32,000 nt of DNA, taken from positions 4,020,001-4,052,000 of the forward strand of contig NZ_LT934425.1 in NCBI RefSeq assembly GCF_900232105.1. The letters run 5' to 3'. A program made the position numbers and the translations under genes. The notes under the pieces were generated by a model. That model did no database searches. It was given only the letters and a program-made list of their open reading frames with translations, and was not told the origin of the DNA. Within the stretch, counting starts at the first letter, position 1. Each line of letters starts with the position of its first letter. The stretch is from Candidatus Kuenenia stuttgartensis (lineage in GTDB: Bacteria; Planctomycetota; Brocadiia; Brocadiales; Brocadiaceae). Below, in pieces: positions 27,385 to 32,000 of the stretch.

Positions 27385-27643
27385 CAATCATACCCCTCCT
27401 TGTCCAGCAGCTATCCGCTCAACTTTTCTATAGCACATGGATCTCGTATTGTGTTATAAAATTACCGTTCAGTCTCAACTACAAATGCATGGATGGAATC
27501 CGTATGCCCCCTGTGAACGGTTACAATTATTTTTAGAACTTGCATTTCTATTTGTTTGTGGATTATTATGAAAACGTAAAGATTGACAACCTTCATCATA
27601 CGCTTAATGGAGTATTTTTGTCGTTATTGTACGAAAAGAAAAA

Positions 27644-28021
27644 ATGAAATTTTTTACCCGGAAGTCTTTATTAAGAAAAGTATTCTATAGCATTCTGGCA
27701 GTGTGGTTTCTCTTATGCATATTGCCGGGTGATTGTTTATTATTGGGATGCACGGAAGAAGGTACTTCACATTGCAATGAAGAACCTTCTGTTGTCTCTT
27801 CCTATGATAATGATCATACTGCTGCCCCCGGAAATGCTTCACACTGTTCCACCTGTTGTGTGCTTTGCGCACATAATCTTATCTTATACACATCCCATTA
27901 TCATTCAAATACGCACATGGACCTCATTGGCAATTGTGCGTTCATCCCTACAAACCGCTTTAACGCTATTTTTCAAACCATTATATTTCGCCCACCGCGA
28001 ACAATCGCAGAACCTTTCTGA
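27644..28021 (+). CDS. Small membrane-anchored Cys/His-containing protein upstream of the metal-efflux operon
   Basis: 125 aa; hydrophobic N-terminus then SHCSTCCVLCAHN and HYHSNTH; gene neighbourhood. Confidence 0.5.
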   Translation: MKFFTRKSLLRKVFYSILAVWFLLCILPGDCLLLGCTEEGTSHCNEEPSVVSSYDNDHTAAPGNASHCSTCCVLCAHNLILYTSHYHSNTHMDLIGNCAFIPTNRFNAIFQTIIFRPPRTIAEPF

Positions 28022-28146
28022 TTTTCTACTCATTATTTAATTTTAACGCTTCACAGGGACACTATTTCCCCAAAATGGCAATAGCATAATCTTTTTCTAC
28101 CGGTATGTTATCAGTTTATTTGACATGCAGGTACTGGAATGCTGTA

Positions 28147-28233
28147 CAGTCGGCAATCAACAATTAGCAGTCGGCAGTCGGCAACCGGCAATCTACAGAC
28201 GGCAAATTGTGGACTGTAGACTGTAGACTGTGG
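28147..28233. repeat. Imperfect short tandem repeats
   Basis: cagtcggcaatcaacaattagcagtcggcagtcggcaaccggcaatc... ggactgtagactgtagactgtgg. Confidence 0.75.
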
Positions 28234-28279
28234 AAATTATTATAAAAACCTTAATTTATTGAGAAGTTACGTTAAATTC

Positions 28280-28309
28280 ATGTAGTGCGACGAGGCTCGC
28301 CGCACTACA
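28280..28309. repeat. Strong hairpin, REP-like
   Basis: TGTAGTGCG-a-CGAG-g-CTCG-c-CGCACTACA. Confidence 0.7.
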
Positions 28310-28429
28310 AATGGCACTTTCCCGTGTTGTCTCAATAAATAGGGGTAATGCATTTACATTCTTCGTATAAACCTTATAGCTGCTTACCTTTGTGCGGGTT
28401 TACCTATTTATTGAACTGATACTATTTAA

Positions 28430-29761
28430 TTGTATTTTTTTACAAAAGGGCATGGTATGTTCACACATTTTTTTAACAGGCATAATTTTCAACGGTGTAT
28501 TTCCAAGTATCATCTTCTTCTTGTTTGCTCATTTATTTACTTTAGCGCTTGCCATGAAATCGTCTGTGGGAACGATATACAAACACCGGCTAAAGCAATT
28601 TCTCTTAAAGAGGCAATAGACATTGCTCTTGAAAGAAACCCAGAACTGCAATCAATGAAAGATCAGGTAGAAGCACAAATTGGCTCATTGAAACAGGCTG
28701 GACTCTACCCAAATCCGGTAATTAACTTTCTGGCGGAAGAAATGCCTACAGATGAGATAGGGTTGAATGAGAGCCAAAACCAGGTATCAATAACCCAGCC
28801 CATCATTACCGGAGGGAAAAGAGGCCTTGCAATAAAAGTAAGCGAAAAAGCAAAGGAGAAAAACGAATTTGAACGGGATTCCTTTCTCCTCAGTGTTATT
28901 GCTGATACAAAAAAGGCATTTTACAAGGTGTTAGCAGGTCAGGAAAGTCACTCGGTAGCAAAGGAAACGGAAAAGATATCGAAAGATATTTATGAAAGTG
29001 AAAAGACACGGTTTGAAGCGGGAGAGGTTGCACTTACCAATGTATTCAGGGCAGAGGTGGAATTTTCAAAGGCAAAAAATCTGGTTTCCCGGACTGAAGG
29101 AGAGTTGCAAAACTCTTTCAGGGAATTGCAAACGATCATGGGTATCCCGGAGGCAACCGATTTTGATATCACCGGAAAACTGATAACGACACCCATGGAA
29201 TTGTCGTTTCATGAACTTGAACGGAGTATGAAAAATAATCAGCCGCTTCTCAGGGTGTCTGAAAAGAATATAGAAATAGCGGAAGCCGGGTTACTGCTGG
29301 AACAAAGACAGGCCATACCGAATATCACCGTATCTGCAGGATATAAAAGACTTTCGCAGGAAGACGCTGATACCATTCAATTCAGCCTGGGGATACCCGC
29401 CCCTTTTTTCAACCGTAACCAGGGAAACATACAAAAAGGCAAAGCCCTTTCGAGAAAGGCAAAAAACGAAAGCATGTCGGTTTATCAGCAAATGCTGTTC
29501 GAGTTAAAAAAGAATTTCAACCTGTACAATATTGAAAGGAGACGCCTCATTGAATTTAAAAACAAGATTCTGCCAGGCACAGAAAAGGCCCTCTCCTTAA
29601 TTACAAATGGCTATAAAGAGGGTGAGTTCGATTATATAGACCTGCTGGATACTCAGAGAATCTGGGCAGATACGAGGGTATCATATATCGATGTAATAAA
29701 ACAACTAAACCTGATAATAGCCGATATCGAAAGACTGGCAGTTATCAAAATAGGGAAATAA
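28430..29761 (+). CDS. czcC: TolC/CzcC-like outer-membrane efflux protein
   Basis: 443 aa; ISLKEAIDIALERNPELQSMKDQVEAQIGSLKQAGLYPNPVINF, YKEGEFDYIDLLDTQRIWADTRVSYIDV. Confidence 0.88.
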   Translation: MYFFTKGHGMFTHFFNRHNFQRCISKYHLLLVCSFIYFSACHEIVCGNDIQTPAKAISLKEAIDIALERNPELQSMKDQVEAQIGSLKQAGLYPNPVINFLAEEMPTDEIGLNESQNQVSITQPIITGGKRGLAIKVSEKAKEKNEFERDSFLLSVIADTKKAFYKVLAGQESHSVAKETEKISKDIYESEKTRFEAGEVALTNVFRAEVEFSKAKNLVSRTEGELQNSFRELQTIMGIPEATDFDITGKLITTPMELSFHELERSMKNNQPLLRVSEKNIEIAEAGLLLEQRQAIPNITVSAGYKRLSQEDADTIQFSLGIPAPFFNRNQGNIQKGKALSRKAKNESMSVYQQMLFELKKNFNLYNIERRRLIEFKNKILPGTEKALSLITNGYKEGEFDYIDLLDTQRIWADTRVSYIDVIKQLNLIIADIERLAVIKIGK

Positions 29762-29771
29762 TAATGAGCAT

Positions 29772-31247
29772 ATGACACTTTCTTATAAGGAGAACATGGT
29801 GAATTATTGTATTTATTTACGGATGCACAACCCTCGTAACACCATTATTTTATGGGGTATTATTCTTTTCTTTATCAGTTTTTTACCGATAACAGATACT
29901 TTTGCCCAGAGAGAAGATGAACATGCATGCGAAAAGTCGTGTGGGGAAAAAGACGAACATATCCGGGAAAAGACAAACAAAGATGAAAATAATCATGATC
30001 ATAGCACTTCAGCCGGGGAAAATTTTTCGAATAGTACTGATTCAGGGTATGAACTCTACGAAAAACTTTTGAAAAAAGAATGCGAACATGATGTATCAAT
30101 TATCAAATGTGATGAATGCCGTTATGAAGTTGGCGTCGTCAAGGTTGACCCGTCTCTTTTGGGTGAAATCGTTACCATTGGCAAAGGAATGCCCATGGAT
30201 ATTGGTATTACGCATGAGGCAACCGGAGAAGTGGGACCCAACCAGGATCGTTTTGTTATAGTTTCGCCAAGAATATCAGGGGTAGTGAAAGAAGTATTTG
30301 TTGATTGGGGAGATCAGGTAAAGGAAGGGCAGAAATTAGCGCTATTGGATAGTATAGAACTCGGCGAAGCAAGGGCGGATTACCTGAAGGCTGCGGCCAT
30401 GCTGAAACTGGCGGAAAAGAATTATTCGAGAGAAAAGGAACTTTACGGAAAAAATATTACTTCGGGAAAACATTTCTTTGATGCGGAGAATGCCCACGAA
30501 CAGTCACACATAGAATTAAATGCCCTGATGGAAAAATTGCTTCTCATGGGTCAGGAAGAAGGGAGCATTAGACAGATGCAGGAAAAACTGCTCCTGATGG
30601 ATCAGGAAGAAGTGGATATAAAGCACACGGCAGAAGCGGAGAAACATGTATCTTCGTTATTTACGCTCACCGCCCCTTTTGATGGAACCGTTATTGACAA
30701 GAAGGTCGCGGTTGGCGAACTCAAAAATGCCTTTGATCCGATGCTTACCATCGCAGACCTCACACAACTGTGGGTATGGTTTGACGTCTATGAGAAGGAT
30801 ATTCCAAAGGTAAGAATGGGAAATAAGGCGATGGTATCGGTAGCTTCTTATCCGGAAGAACAGTTCGAAGGGAACGTGACTTATATCGGGAATACCATAG
30901 ACGAAAAGACACGCACCGTAAAGGTCCGTATCGAGGTTGCTAATCATCACGAAAAATTGAAACCCGGTATGTTTGCAAGGGTGCTGCTTCAGGTAGATGA
31001 TGCCAAAAGCGCTGTTGGATTACCGGAAGAAGCGGTACAGGTTGATGGGCAGGAGCGATTCGTCTTTGTGCCACTCAAAGACGGCTATTTCATTCGGCGC
31101 AACGTGATACTGGGAACGCGGTTGAACGGGTATGTAAAAGTCTTCAGTGGTTTAGAGGAAAACGACCCGGTGGTTGTCAAAGGAGGTTTCCTGCTTAAAT
31201 CCGAAACGATGAAAGAAAAATTTGGCGAAGGATGTGGAGGACATTAA
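29772..31247 (+). CDS. czcB: CzcB-like RND efflux periplasmic adaptor
   Basis: 491 aa; Cys/His-rich N-terminus, IVSPRISGVVKEVFVDWGDQVKEGQKLALLDS, LTAPFDGTVIDKKVAVGELKNAFDPMLTIADLTQLWV. Confidence 0.9.
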   Translation: MTLSYKENMVNYCIYLRMHNPRNTIILWGIILFFISFLPITDTFAQREDEHACEKSCGEKDEHIREKTNKDENNHDHSTSAGENFSNSTDSGYELYEKLLKKECEHDVSIIKCDECRYEVGVVKVDPSLLGEIVTIGKGMPMDIGITHEATGEVGPNQDRFVIVSPRISGVVKEVFVDWGDQVKEGQKLALLDSIELGEARADYLKAAAMLKLAEKNYSREKELYGKNITSGKHFFDAENAHEQSHIELNALMEKLLLMGQEEGSIRQMQEKLLLMDQEEVDIKHTAEAEKHVSSLFTLTAPFDGTVIDKKVAVGELKNAFDPMLTIADLTQLWVWFDVYEKDIPKVRMGNKAMVSVASYPEEQFEGNVTYIGNTIDEKTRTVKVRIEVANHHEKLKPGMFARVLLQVDDAKSAVGLPEEAVQVDGQERFVFVPLKDGYFIRRNVILGTRLNGYVKVFSGLEENDPVVVKGGFLLKSETMKEKFGEGCGGH

Positions 31248-31251
31248 ACGT

Positions 31252-32000
31252 ATGTTGAACAAACTGATTGAAGGTACATTACAGCAGAAATTTCTGATTA
31301 TTCTTACCGTATGCGCCATTATCGGACTCGGTATATTTTGCCTGAAAAAGCTGCCCATTGACGCAGTCCCCGATATATCACCCAACCAGGTACAAATCAA
31401 TACCGAAGTGCCGGGGCTCGGACCGGTTGAAATGGAAAAACTCATATCGTTTCCCATCGAGTTCTCCATGAGCAGTTTGCCGGGGGTGAAAGAAATACGG
31501 TCACTTTCAAAAACCGGGCTTTCCCAGGTGCTTGTCTTTTTTGAAGACAACATCGATATTTATTTTGCCCGCCAACTGGTGCTGGAACGGTTGCAAACTG
31601 CAAAGGAACAACTCCCTCAACTCTTAAACGCCCAACCGGAAATGGGACCGGTCAGCACCGGCCTTGGCGAAATCTATCAATATGTAGTTACCGCTGAGAA
31701 TAAGGACGCCATGGAACTGAGGACCATTCAGGACTGGATGATTACCCCACGACTGCTGCTTATCCCGGGCGTCAACGAGGTGAACAGCTTTGGCGGTTTT
31801 GTAAAACAATACCAGGTATTAATCGACCCGAATAAACTTATCACTTACAACGTTACCCTTCGCCAGGTATTTGATGCCCTGACCGCCAACAATGTCAATG
31901 CCGGCGGGCAATACATAGAACATGCCTCGGAGCAATATCTGGTACGGGGAATTGGCCTGATCAATACCATACAGGACATTGAGAATATTGTAGTTCATGC
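31252..32000 (+). CDS. czcA: CzcA-like heavy-metal RND transporter, N-terminal part (runs off the window)
   Basis: Hand translation from ATG 31252: MLNKLIEGTLQQKFLIILTVCAIIGLGIFCLKKLPIDAVPDISPNQVQINTEVPGLGPVEMEKLISFPIEFSMSSLPGVKEIRSLSKTGLSQVLVFFEDN, typical of CzcA. Confidence 0.92.
   Translation, partial: MLNKLIEGTLQQKFLIILTVCAIIGLGIFCLKKLPIDAVPDISPNQVQINTEVPGLGPVEMEKLISFPIEFSMSSLPGVKEIRSLSKTGLSQVLVFFEDNIDIYFARQLVLERLQTAKEQLPQLLNAQPEMGPVSTGLGEIYQYVVTAENKDAMELRTIQDWMITPRLLLIPGVNEVNSFGGFVKQYQVLIDPNKLITYNVTLRQVFDALTANNVNAGGQYIEHASEQYLVRGIGLINTIQDIENIVVH

Larger units (their letters stand above)
24954..27524 (+). mobile_element. IS66-family element carrying a DUF4338 gene
   Basis: IRL GTAACCGTTCAC at 24954-24965 and IRR GTGAACGGTTAC at 27513-27524 are perfect 12-bp inverted termini starting GTAA as in IS66; they enclose the DUF4338 ORF and tnpC. 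Confidence 0.85.

Noticed and set aside
20687-27524. A complete Druantia defence system
   Set aside because: Only DruA-like DUF4338 domains are present. No large DruE-type helicase or other Druantia genes are nearby, and both copies sit within transposons.
24946-27532. 8-bp target-site duplication around the IS66-like element
   Set aside because: Flanks are cttttttt (24946-24953) and aattattt (27525-27532), which do not match. The element ends are supported only by the TIRs.
28147-28233. CRISPR-like array
   Set aside because: Units are only about 8-12 nt, imperfect and directly adjacent without spacers, so they are simple tandem repeats. No cas genes in the window.

Overview
Window from what looks like an anammox-type planctomycete chromosome (taxonomic guess from gene content only: Rnf genes, tandem FAD reductase, many IS copies). 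Left third, minus strand: a composite DNA-modification/restriction locus. In transcriptional order it is a SNF2/RapA-like helicase (5022-7916), an uncharacterised protein with a PD-(D/E)XK-like nuclease motif (3437-4768), a type III-like Mod methyltransferase (1545-3326), a ParE/RelE-like toxin-antitoxin pair (855-1345) and the start of a Res-like helicase (846 down to window edge). A short G+C-rich dispersed repeat sits in frame inside both the mod and helicase genes and encodes the same KSPL(M/L)GGDSGVG peptide. Then scpB, rnfG, rnfD, rnfC, an IS1380-family transposase flanked by fold-back repeat elements, a PpiC/SurA-like protein, mobA, a truncated amidohydrolase-like ORF, an 898-aa tandem-fused FAD reductase and an HxlB-like SIS protein. 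The accessory region 20.6-27.5 kb holds two different transposons each carrying a DUF4338 (DruA-like) domain: one fused to an ISAs1-family transposase (frameshifted) and one as a separate gene overlapping an IS66-family transposase inside GTAACCGTTCAC terminal inverted repeats (in-frame amber stop). Between them are an ISAzo13-like remnant and a group II intron reverse transcriptase interrupted by a 24-nt REP-like insertion. The right end carries a CzcCBA-type RND metal-efflux operon. No tRNA, rRNA or CRISPR array was recognised by eye.
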